Source: Parcubacteria group bacterium GW2011_GWF1_45_5 (GTDB taxonomy: Bacteria > Patescibacteriota > Minisyncoccia > UBA6257 > Brennerbacteraceae). Taken from it: DNA of 36,734 nucleotides. Location: NCBI GenBank assembly GCA_001001795.1, contig LCLB01000007.1, positions 1-36,734 of the forward strand, written 5' to 3'. Under the pieces are notes generated by a model. The model was given only the letters and a program-made list of their open reading frames with translations. It searched no databases and had not been told where the DNA came from. Within the stretch, counting starts at the first letter, position 1. Every line of letters begins with the position of its first letter. The translations under genes and the position numbers were made by a program. Below, piece after piece: positions 20,460 to 28,745 of the stretch.

Positions 20460-21164
20460 CTATTCCACTTTAATCAAATCGCTCCAGACGGTCATCCGCA
20501 TTTTGTTGCTGCGTACGGGCCAGCAGCTGATAAGCACTATATGCGATTGTCCGTCTTTGATATCGATTTTAAAATCTTTGGGAATAATGATTTGTTTGCG
20601 ATCCACCCGATAGTAAAATGTTTTTCCGTTTTTGGTGGTTAAGGCAAACTGATCGCCGTTTTCAAGCTTTTCAAGGAGAGCAAACACTGATCCGTATTCC
20701 CCGCGGTACCACGGGTATGCCGAGCTGTGTCCCAATAAAATCGCGGTGCCGGGTTCGCCGATCTGGGTGGAGTCCTTGTATTTGATGACTCCTTTTTCCA
20801 ATGATTTCAAAAGCACGACGTTATCCAAACTATCAGGGAATACCACCGGAGCGATTGTTCTTATTTTTTCAATAACAATATAAGTTTCCGATTCGGTAAA
20901 AGGAACGGTTTTTATCATGGCCCGGAGTTCCGGATCAACGGCTTGGGTTGAAGTAGGGGTAAAAGGAGAAGGACTGGCGGTAGGGCGTTCCTGGCTTATC
21001 CATTGGCCGATGTTCCAGCGGGCCTGGGCAATCATTGCCCTGCCGTTGAAGACCAAGATAAGAATACAGAAGACGAGTAAAAAATACCCGATGAAGTACT
21101 TGAGAAATATAACCAGGTAGTTTTTAAAGCCCATAGTAAACATATGAAAAGTATACCCCCTCAT
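20460..21164 (-). CDS. sortase family transpeptidase
   Basis: N-terminal TM. Catalytic-triad contexts are present: LLGHSS (His), HIVLISCWP (TLxTC-like Cys) and RMTVW (Arg). Confidence 0.85.
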   Translation of the reverse strand: MRGYTFHMFTMGFKNYLVIFLKYFIGYFLLVFCILILVFNGRAMIAQARWNIGQWISQERPTASPSPFTPTSTQAVDPELRAMIKTVPFTESETYIVIEKIRTIAPVVFPDSLDNVVLLKSLEKGVIKYKDSTQIGEPGTAILLGHSSAYPWYRGEYGSVFALLEKLENGDQFALTTKNGKTFYYRVDRKQIIIPKDFKIDIKDGQSHIVLISCWPVRSNKMRMTVWSDLIKVE

Positions 21165-21312
21165 TTGTTATCTCTCAAACAAGCCATATAGATTGTTCAT
21201 TTTATTGGGTGTACGGGGCAGGATGCGGCGCTTTCTAAATTACAAGTGCGGAGGTATAGCATTATGCGTGGAATTAAGAATAAGACGGTATATTGCTTAT
21301 TTTCTTGTTTTG

Positions 21313-21321
21313 TGATATAAT
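21313..21321 (+). promoter_or_regulatory. extended -10 TGATATAAT
   Basis: TGnTATAAT 30 nt upstream of the ATG at 21351. Confidence 0.4.
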
Positions 21322-21350
21322 ATACAAACAAGTAGAAATACTTTACCTAT

Positions 21351-22988
21351 ATGAAAATTTTTACAAAAATCATAAAAATCGTGTTACTTGCTTTCGCGTT
21401 GTCCGTGACCGTCTTTTCGGTTGCCAACGCGGGTTCCGATGTCGATTTGGGCGTTACCGTATCATGCAGCGGATATAACTGCACCGCCACCAGCAAATTC
21501 AACGGAGATACTATCGACTATCAAAAGAACGGCGCGAAAATCGGACCGTTCCCTAAGGCGGGTGAGGTGCGGTTGTATTTTCAGATTCTTTCCGGTGCCT
21601 CAGGGAGTATGGCGGGCAGCATCCAGGTAAAACTAACCAAAGGTGCAACTATCAAAACCATTACTATTCAGGATACTGAAGAAATTATTGATACCACCTT
21701 GTCTGTGAACCAAGGAGATTATGTATACGTGAAAACTACCGATGTGGGTGACGGATTGGCGGTCGGTTGGCATGCGCCCCATAGCGGCGACCGATGCGGA
21801 TCAGGATTCACTTTGCCACGCACCGGCGGCGTGCGGACAGGATATTATCCCATCGTGAACGTTTCTAATGAAATAGCATGGGCGCGCGAGGCAGGCGAGC
21901 CGATTGTCCAGGATATGTGCTGGGCAGACTGGCCGGAATGGGTTGGGGATTATGATTTCGAAGATTATTTTATGGCATTTTCCTATGTCCCCGAAGTGAT
22001 TGTTTTCCCCACCGTTGACCTCAAAGTAAACGGTTCTGACTCGACCATCTATCTTCAGGAGCCGGCTGATTACACCTTGACCTGGACTTCTCAAAACGCT
22101 AACACCTGCTCGGCTTCCAATGCCTGGTCAGGGTCAAAGGCATTGAGCGGTTCCCAGGCAGTGAATGATAAACCACAAGGGACATATACTTATACGATTA
22201 CTTGCTGGAACGGATCACAGTCGGCTACCGACACCGTGCAAGTAGTGGTGCAAAGCAATATTTATACGTATTTGTCGGTTTCAAAGTTGGCACGCAATAT
22301 CTCTCAAAACTCTTCGTTTTTGAATTCGGTAAACGCTAATCAGGGCGATATGGTTGAGTTCAGCATCGATGTTTATACCAACGGTTCGGGCAATGCGCCC
22401 GCAACGTACGTGAAAGATATTTTGCCGGGTTATCTTGATTTTATCGAAGGATCGGTGAAAGTGGACGGATATACTTCTCCCGACACCTTACTGTCATCAG
22501 GGCTGTATCTTGGAGATTTGTATCAAGGTAGCCATAAGCAAATCAAGTTTTCCGCATACGTTATGTCCGGGCTTCCGGTGGGGACCAATGTCCTTACCAA
22601 TTCATCCCGTGCGTGGGCGAGCTCAATCAGCGAGGTTTCCGATACTGCCGAAGTGGTGGTAACTATTCAGGGAACGAACCCGACAGCGACTATTTCTTCG
22701 CAAAAAACCGTGCGTGATACCAATGATCTCAATACCCCAAGCGGTATTTACCTTGAGGATGTTAATACTGTTCCTGGCCGCGTGCTTGAGTTTTCTATTG
22801 TGGTAACCGGAACCGGCGGGACGGCATCAACCGATGTGATGGTACACGATACTCTGCCTGCGGGCCTCACCTATATTGCCGGCAGTACTACTGTTGATGG
22901 ATCGGTTGCAGGTGACGGAATTAAACCGTTAAGTTTCGTTCTACGGTTCGCGAGAATACGTATTTCACCAGCTTCGTCACCAAACTGA
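21351..22988 (+). CDS. large secreted surface protein (Ig-like/DUF11-like repeats), 5' part in frame 0; the last ~20 codons are probably out of frame
   Basis: Signal peptide MKIFTKIIKIVLLAFALSVTVFSVANA and repeated beta-sandwich modules. After ...VAGDGIK the frame-0 sequence becomes low-complexity (PLSFVLRFARIRISPASSPN*). Confidence 0.7.
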   Translation: MKIFTKIIKIVLLAFALSVTVFSVANAGSDVDLGVTVSCSGYNCTATSKFNGDTIDYQKNGAKIGPFPKAGEVRLYFQILSGASGSMAGSIQVKLTKGATIKTITIQDTEEIIDTTLSVNQGDYVYVKTTDVGDGLAVGWHAPHSGDRCGSGFTLPRTGGVRTGYYPIVNVSNEIAWAREAGEPIVQDMCWADWPEWVGDYDFEDYFMAFSYVPEVIVFPTVDLKVNGSDSTIYLQEPADYTLTWTSQNANTCSASNAWSGSKALSGSQAVNDKPQGTYTYTITCWNGSQSATDTVQVVVQSNIYTYLSVSKLARNISQNSSFLNSVNANQGDMVEFSIDVYTNGSGNAPATYVKDILPGYLDFIEGSVKVDGYTSPDTLLSSGLYLGDLYQGSHKQIKFSAYVMSGLPVGTNVLTNSSRAWASSISEVSDTAEVVVTIQGTNPTATISSQKTVRDTNDLNTPSGIYLEDVNTVPGRVLEFSIVVTGTGGTASTDVMVHDTLPAGLTYIAGSTTVDGSVAGDGIKPLSFVLRFARIRISPASSPN

Positions 22989-23227
22989 TCAATACCGTAA
23001 CTGTAAAAGGAAGCAACAATACACTTGCCGCTACCGATACCGCCAATATCTGGGTATCTAAGAGCGGACGGGTATTGGGAGCGACCGATATCGATACCGG
23101 TGTTGATATGAGCATGCTGAGTGCGCTTCTTGCTTCAAGTTTTGGAGCATTGGGTTTTTCGGGATTTCAAGTCGGGAAAAAAGCATACTGGCGGGGAAAG
23201 ATTGCTCAGTTACGGAAAGCCGCGTAA
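22925..23227 (+). CDS. 3' continuation of the 21351 gene in the -1 frame: end of repeat domain + DIDTG motif + TM + basic tail (sortase-type sorting signal)
   Basis: My translation is TVKFRSTVRENTYFTSFVTKLINTVTVKGSNNTLAATDTANIWVSKSGRVLGATDIDTGVDMSMLSALLASSFGALGFSGFQVGKKAYWRGKIAQLRKAA*. The frame is open from 22925 and has no ATG, so it is absent from the ORF track. Confidence 0.65.
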   Translation, partial: TVKFRSTVRENTYFTSFVTKLINTVTVKGSNNTLAATDTANIWVSKSGRVLGATDIDTGVDMSMLSALLASSFGALGFSGFQVGKKAYWRGKIAQLRKAA

Positions 23228-23245
23228 TATTTTCGGTTGAGTTTT

Positions 23246-23281
23246 GCAAACAAAACACCCCTTAAGGGGTATTTTGTTTGC
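23246..23281 (+). terminator. intrinsic terminator GCAAACAAAACACCCC-TTAA-GGGGTATTTTGTTTGC
   Basis: 16-bp stem with one mismatch, 19 nt after the TAA at 23225-23227. Confidence 0.7.
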
Positions 23282-23300
23282 TATTCGACAGCAATCTCCG

Positions 23301-23309
23301 TGCTACAAT
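23301..23309 (+). promoter_or_regulatory. extended -10 TGCTACAAT
   Basis: Ends 9 nt before the ATG at 23319. Confidence 0.35.
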
Positions 23310-23318
23310 ATCTGTATT

Positions 23319-24332
23319 ATGGGGAGTTTTTTAAGCAGTTTGTTTGCGATTATCTTATGGATTCCTTTCGGTATCGCGGGGTGGGTCGGGTATGGATTCG
23401 ACACCATTAAGAATAAGGAATTTTCCATTCTTGAGCCGGGTATTGTGTATTCTTCAAAACAAGCGGAGTCGCTGGGGCTTCAGGCAACATCGACATTTTT
23501 GGCTATCGTAAACGAATTACAGCCTCGGTATATCCGACTCGTCGCTTATTGGGATCGCATAGAAAAAACACGCGGAGTATACGATTTTTCTGAGATCGAT
23601 GAGTATTTTAAAATTGCACAAGATCGCGACATGAAGGTTACGCTTATTATCGGGGAAAAAGTTCCGCGCTGGCCGGAGTGCCATATTCCTGAATGGGTTC
23701 GCGGCACTGATCCCAACGAGCATTTTGGGAAGTTGAAAGAATACATGGCTACACTTATCAAACGTTATGCTCCATCTCGTTCTTTGGAGTATTGGCAGGT
23801 CGAGAATGAATTATTTTTCAAGTTTGGCGATTGTCCTAAACCGTCCGCTAAGGAATTTCAAGACGAACTTAAACTCGTACGGTCCATTGATCCCAATCAT
23901 CCTGTGCTGGTAACCGGGAGCGGGGAAATGAGTACGTGGCTTCGTCCATTCTGGTATGGTGACGCAGCCGGTATTTCTCTGTATCGGGAAGCGGTGTTTA
24001 AAACGCGGTGGTTTTCCTGGAGAGTTTCCTATCCACTTCCTCCTTTATTTTACGGCTACAAGGCAAGAGTAATGAGTGCCCTATTCGGAAAGATTTTAAT
24101 GGTTACCGAGTTGCAACTGGAACCTTGGTTTACCGAAGATTTAAAGTCCGTTTCTATTAAAGAGCAGATGGCAACTTTGTCCCCTCAAAAGTTCGAAAAA
24201 TCTGTTATGTACGCTGCTCAAACGCGTATTCCCCGGGTATACTTATGGGGGGTCGAGTGGTGGTATTGGCTTAACGAACAAGGAGTAGATTCTTACTGGA
24301 GCTATGTCAAAAAATATGTTTTTAAAAATTAA
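23319..24332 (+). CDS. membrane-anchored glycoside hydrolase, clan GH-A TIM-barrel (GH5/GH42-like)
   Basis: The ORF-track start at 23244 (TTG) would read through the terminator, so the ATG at 23319 is preferred (MGSFLSSLFAIILWIPF TM). Further motifs are RLVAYWDRIEKTRGVYDF, the WQVENE acid/base motif and the MVTELQ nucleophile context. Confidence 0.55.
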   Translation: MGSFLSSLFAIILWIPFGIAGWVGYGFDTIKNKEFSILEPGIVYSSKQAESLGLQATSTFLAIVNELQPRYIRLVAYWDRIEKTRGVYDFSEIDEYFKIAQDRDMKVTLIIGEKVPRWPECHIPEWVRGTDPNEHFGKLKEYMATLIKRYAPSRSLEYWQVENELFFKFGDCPKPSAKEFQDELKLVRSIDPNHPVLVTGSGEMSTWLRPFWYGDAAGISLYREAVFKTRWFSWRVSYPLPPLFYGYKARVMSALFGKILMVTELQLEPWFTEDLKSVSIKEQMATLSPQKFEKSVMYAAQTRIPRVYLWGVEWWYWLNEQGVDSYWSYVKKYVFKN

Positions 24333-25341
24333 AAACATTATCGGTCAGGTGCTGTCTTTTTTCAGCCGCCCGGCGGGGAACCGGATTGTGTTTTTGGCGC
24401 TTTGTTCCATGGGCATCGGCGCCCTATGGTATGTCGGCCGGCAGGTAGATTTGATAAACATAGGCACTGCCATCAAAACCCTTTCCTTTTTACAAATACT
24501 TTCTCTTTTAGTATTTGTGTTCGGCATTGTTTTTATTTCCGCTGTTCGCTGGTACATTATCTTGCGCGGTTTCGGATACCGTGAGTCGTTATGGAGACTC
24601 ATGAAGCGGATTACCAAAGCTTCCGCCGTTTCATTCGTAGTCCCGTCATTCGAGATTTCAAGCGAAACTTTCAAAGGCATGGAGTTACAGCGTCATGGTA
24701 TTTCGGTGCCGGCTAGTTTCGCTTCCGTATTTTTCGATTTTATACTTATTCTTATCGTCAATATAGGAGGGGGGTCTCTTTTGCTTTTGCACGTTTTATT
24801 CCAAGGGTTGTTTCGCGCCGAATGGGCTTTTGCCGGGGCATGCGTCGTGCTTGTTTCCTGTTTTTTCCTTTTACGGCGCATCCTGAAACCGGGTACTTTA
24901 TCCAGGTTTCTGGTCAAATGCATTCCTTTGAATGAAAAGAGCGTCGAGGCAGTACAACTTTTCGATTATGGACTTTCGTTTTTCGTGAAAGAATCGCGTA
25001 AATACCTGATTCTCGCTTCCCTTATAACAGTAATCGGTTTTGTATGGGAGCTGGCTCAAATATTTTTAATCCTTTCATTCTTGGGAGTGCACCCTTCGGT
25101 AACCCAGGTATTCGTATTTTATCTTGTTATTTATTTTTTCAATGGAGTACCTGCATTTGGTGGCCTTGGGTTTGGGGAGGCGGGGGCGTTTTTATCGGGA
25201 TCCATTTTAGGGGTTCCTGATCATATCAGCCTTTCCCTGGCGGTTTTGCTTCGTGCGCGCCAGATCATCATCCTTGTTTTAGGGGGAAGTTTTTTCATGG
25301 TTACCGCGATCAAAGAAGCGTTGGCGAAACTACGCGCGTGA
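24304..25341 (+). CDS. flippase-like / lysyl-PG-synthase-TM-region (UPF0104) family membrane protein
   Basis: About 8 TM segments and the conserved AVRWYIILRGFG region typical of the family. It overlaps the GH gene by 29 nt. Confidence 0.55.
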   Translation: MSKNMFLKIKNIIGQVLSFFSRPAGNRIVFLALCSMGIGALWYVGRQVDLINIGTAIKTLSFLQILSLLVFVFGIVFISAVRWYIILRGFGYRESLWRLMKRITKASAVSFVVPSFEISSETFKGMELQRHGISVPASFASVFFDFILILIVNIGGGSLLLLHVLFQGLFRAEWAFAGACVVLVSCFFLLRRILKPGTLSRFLVKCIPLNEKSVEAVQLFDYGLSFFVKESRKYLILASLITVIGFVWELAQIFLILSFLGVHPSVTQVFVFYLVIYFFNGVPAFGGLGFGEAGAFLSGSILGVPDHISLSLAVLLRARQIIILVLGGSFFMVTAIKEALAKLRA

Positions 25342-26661
25342 CGGATTTTGGAAGAAAAACCGTATGGTGCGGACAATAATCATAAGATCGACAAGGATCG
25401 ATCGTTCTTTAAGGTAATAAAGGTCATATTGCAATTTTTCCTTCGCGTCTTCAATGGAGGCCCCGTAGGGGTAATTGATTTGGGCCCATCCGGTTACCCC
25501 CGGTTTGACGTGGTGGCGCATGTCGTAAAAAGGGATATTTTTTTCGAGATCGGAAACAAATTCTGGACGCTCGGGTCGCGGACCAACGAACGCCATATCT
25601 CCTTTAATAATATTTATGAACTGAGGCAGTTCGTCCAAGTGCGTGGCACGTAGGATTTTTCCTATCGGAGTGATACGGGGGTCATGTTGGGTTGCCCATT
25701 GAGGGCCGCCCTTTTCCGCATTATCGTACATTGTTTTGAATTTATAGAGCATGAATGGTTTTTTATCCTTTCCGATACGTTTTTGGACATACAATGGCAA
25801 TTGGCGGTTCGCAACGGTTATGATCAGCGTTATCAACATACCAAGGGGCATTAAAATAACCGAAAAACAGAGAGCAGTGATTCTTTGGATAAGGTCGTGT
25901 GTGGCAAGGGCGAGCGGTGATTTCCTTTTCAGGATATTGTTGAGAATCCATACATGAGAAATGGATTCGATTTGGATTTTTTGGAGCCGTTGTTCGTAAA
26001 ACGATGCCCTGTCGTAGCAATTGATATTTAGTTCTATGAGATCTTTCAGGATGCTATGCGCTTCAAGTTGATTGGGAGTTTCCAGGAAAATAATGTTTTG
26101 TACTCGTTCCATTTTGACCGTGTCGGCGAGCGTGGCATATGTTTCCGGGGTGCCCGGAACAATGTTGACGATTTCGAATCCGATCCCCCGTGCGTGCTTG
26201 AGGATTTCCGCCAACTGAATCGCATGGCGATCGTTTCCTACAATTACGGTTCGTTCGGTTAAATTAACAAGAATGACGCGCTCAATGGCGATTCGCCATA
26301 CCATGAAGAGCACAGAAAAAATAATCCAGTTCAAAATCAGGCTTCCGCGAGGCGTGACGCTCGGGTCGATTCTGCTGTAGAAATAGAAGAAGGTCGCATT
26401 CGAAAACAAGATAAGTAGCAGTCCGATGATGGCGCTCGTAATCCATTCGATTTTCCCCAGCAAGTATTGTGCCGAGTACAGCCCCATTGCGTACAGGGTT
26501 ATGAGCACGATGCCAAAAACAAACAAAAAGGGAATAAAGTGTCCTAAAAGCAGTTCTATATCTATCCGGCCATGCCAACGGGAAAAAAGCATAAGGGCGA
26601 ACGCCATCCAGAATACAAGGGTGTCGCCCAAAATAAGGATGATTTTTTTGGTTTGCATCAT
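25330..26661 (-). CDS. polyprenyl-phosphate glycosyl-1-phosphate transferase (bacterial sugar transferase, WbaP/PglC-like)
   Basis: C-terminal domain motifs: KRIGKDKKPFMLYKFKTM, DPRITPIGKILRATHLDELPQ, MAFVGPRPERPEF, GVTGWAQI and DLYYLKERSILVDL. Confidence 0.9.
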   Translation of the reverse strand: MMQTKKIILILGDTLVFWMAFALMLFSRWHGRIDIELLLGHFIPFLFVFGIVLITLYAMGLYSAQYLLGKIEWITSAIIGLLLILFSNATFFYFYSRIDPSVTPRGSLILNWIIFSVLFMVWRIAIERVILVNLTERTVIVGNDRHAIQLAEILKHARGIGFEIVNIVPGTPETYATLADTVKMERVQNIIFLETPNQLEAHSILKDLIELNINCYDRASFYEQRLQKIQIESISHVWILNNILKRKSPLALATHDLIQRITALCFSVILMPLGMLITLIITVANRQLPLYVQKRIGKDKKPFMLYKFKTMYDNAEKGGPQWATQHDPRITPIGKILRATHLDELPQFINIIKGDMAFVGPRPERPEFVSDLEKNIPFYDMRHHVKPGVTGWAQINYPYGASIEDAKEKLQYDLYYLKERSILVDLMIIVRTIRFFFQNPSRA

Positions 26662-26764
26662 GCTGTATTTATCATACCACAGAGATGGATAATGGCATGT
26701 TTTGTCATTTGCAATTTTAAAACAGTTTGATACTATAAGAATACCAATTAATTATTCGTGCATC

Positions 26765-27448
26765 ATGCAAAAAACTCTTGTTTTTTTAAAACAGAATGGG
26801 CTGAGTATATTTTCTTTACTGGCAATTATCGGTGTTATTGTTTGGGTAGCGTCTCGACCGGTACAACCGGGACGCCCGGACATTTCACCCGGTAGCGTCC
26901 CTACAGCGTCACCCGCATCAAAGTCTATCAACGATCAGCTGGTTGCGGTTGCGGAATCACTTGATCTTAATACCGAAACATTCACCGCATGTCTCACTTC
27001 GCGCAAGTATAAAGGGTTAGTGGAAACTTCTACCGAAGAAGGAAGAGATTTGGGGATACAAGGAACACCATCTTCCATTATCAACGGGACATTACTGGTG
27101 GGAGCATTGCCCCTGACCGAATTCGACAAACAGCTCGCCTCTGGGGAGAAGGGACCCTTGCAACCTGATATACCGGGATTCTCATTTTTAGGAAAAGAAA
27201 GTGCGCCCCATCTTATTGTTGAGTACGGAGATTACCGATGCGGGTATTGCAAGAAGTTTCATGACGAAATCCTGACGCAATTACAGGAAAAATACATTGA
27301 TACCGGAAAGGCACGTTTCGTGTTCAAGGATATGGTCATTTTCGGGGAAGAATCCCAGATGATCGCGGAAGCGGCGCGCTGTGCCGGTGATCAGGGAAAG
27401 TTTTGGGAGTACCACGCAAAAGGATTTAGCCTTACAAGTGCAGATTAA
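26765..27448 (+). CDS. membrane-anchored DsbA-family thiol:disulfide oxidoreductase with circularly permuted domain order
   Basis: The ATG at 26765 gives a TM anchor. The DsbA C-terminal half (LDLNTETFTACLTSRKY...LGIQGTPSSIINGTLLVGALP) precedes the N-terminal half (LIVEYGDYRCGYCKKFH...CAGDQGKFWEYH). Confidence 0.7.
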   Translation: MQKTLVFLKQNGLSIFSLLAIIGVIVWVASRPVQPGRPDISPGSVPTASPASKSINDQLVAVAESLDLNTETFTACLTSRKYKGLVETSTEEGRDLGIQGTPSSIINGTLLVGALPLTEFDKQLASGEKGPLQPDIPGFSFLGKESAPHLIVEYGDYRCGYCKKFHDEILTQLQEKYIDTGKARFVFKDMVIFGEESQMIAEAARCAGDQGKFWEYHAKGFSLTSAD

Positions 27449-27518
27449 AGCAATAAAAATCCGCTGGGTTCACTCGGCGGGTTTTTGTCTTAAGAGAGTA
27501 AATAACAACACCATTATT

Positions 27519-27800
27519 ATGACAGAATCTTCAGTACAAAATCAGGCATCAGAAATTTCGACCGTGAAGGTGTACTCGACACCGGTATGCCCGTATTGCC
27601 AAATGGCGAAAGATTTTCTCAAAAAGAATAATATTGCCTATCAAGAGATTGATGTGAGCAAGAACGAACAGTCATTTCAGGAAATGGTCCAAAGATCTGG
27701 TCAGATGGGCGTACCTGTGCTTGATGTGAAAGGGACTATCGTGGTTGGGTTTAATCGGCGCGCCATTGCCCAGCTTCTCGATATTCAGCTTGATTTGTAG
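27519..27800 (+). CDS. glutaredoxin-like protein (CPYC)
   Basis: VKVYSTPVCPYCQMAKDFLKKNNIAYQEIDV...GVPVL. The ATG at 27519 is preferred because the longer ORF-track frame overlaps the upstream gene. Confidence 0.8.
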   Translation: MTESSVQNQASEISTVKVYSTPVCPYCQMAKDFLKKNNIAYQEIDVSKNEQSFQEMVQRSGQMGVPVLDVKGTIVVGFNRRAIAQLLDIQLDL

Positions 27801-27812
27801 TCTAATTACAGT

Positions 27813-28733
27813 ATGGACCAGGTGCTTATTATCGGCTCTTCGGCGGCGGGGATCTCCGCGGCCATCTACTGTGCCCGGCGAGGGATTATGCCGCGTGTTA
27901 TTTCTTATGATGCTGGAGGGGAGATGCTTTTATCGGGAGAGATCGGAAATTATCCCGGAGTCGGCATGACCGATGGTTGGAAATTGACCGAAGGATTTGT
28001 GAATCATGCCCGATTGTACGATATCCATCCTGAACTTGGTCTAACAGTTACAGGATTGGTAGTTGGTGAAAAAGGATTTTCGGTACAGGCAAAGGCGGGC
28101 GATGAAGACCGGATTTATGAATCTCGTACGATCATTATTGCCACAGGAGGGCACCCTAAAGAACTCGGAATACCGGGCGAGAAGGAATTTAGAGGGAAAG
28201 GAATAAGCTATTGTACTGTATGTGATGGTCCGGTTTTTAAGGGGAAGACAACGGTTACCATCGGTGGCGGAGATTCTGCCAATGAATCAGGCATCATGTT
28301 AAACGATATTGCCGAGCATGCCTATGTTTTAACCAAGAATCCCGACATGAAAGGCGATGCGTCTCTGATTGCACGCTTAAAGAACTCTTCCCGGGTGACC
28401 CTGATTCCCAATGCGATGAGCAAGAGGATTATGGGCGATGCTTTTGTGAGCGGGATCGAGTACGAAGATACGATAACCCACGAGACGAAACAGCTGAAAA
28501 CAAATGGGGTATTCATTCATATCGGATTAATCCCGAATACCGGTTTTGTGCCCTCCACAATGGAACGCAATGAACGGGGTGAAATAGTGGTGGATAAAAT
28601 CATGTGCACCTCAGTTCCCGGAATTTTTGCCGCAGGCGACGTCACCGACACTCCTTACAAACAGATTGGCATTGCGGCGGGCCAAGGCATCAGTGCCGCA
28701 CTTTCCTGCCTGGACTATCTTAATAAGCATTAA
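27813..28733 (+). CDS. trxB: thioredoxin-disulfide reductase family flavoprotein
   Basis: FAD motif [16 protein letters not shown], redox CTVCDG, second dinucleotide motif IGGGDSANE and GIFAAGDV. Confidence 0.88.
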   Translation: MDQVLIIGSSAAGISAAIYCARRGIMPRVISYDAGGEMLLSGEIGNYPGVGMTDGWKLTEGFVNHARLYDIHPELGLTVTGLVVGEKGFSVQAKAGDEDRIYESRTIIIATGGHPKELGIPGEKEFRGKGISYCTVCDGPVFKGKTTVTIGGGDSANESGIMLNDIAEHAYVLTKNPDMKGDASLIARLKNSSRVTLIPNAMSKRIMGDAFVSGIEYEDTITHETKQLKTNGVFIHIGLIPNTGFVPSTMERNERGEIVVDKIMCTSVPGIFAAGDVTDTPYKQIGIAAGQGISAALSCLDYLNKH

Positions 28734-28745
28734 AGGCGGGTTACT

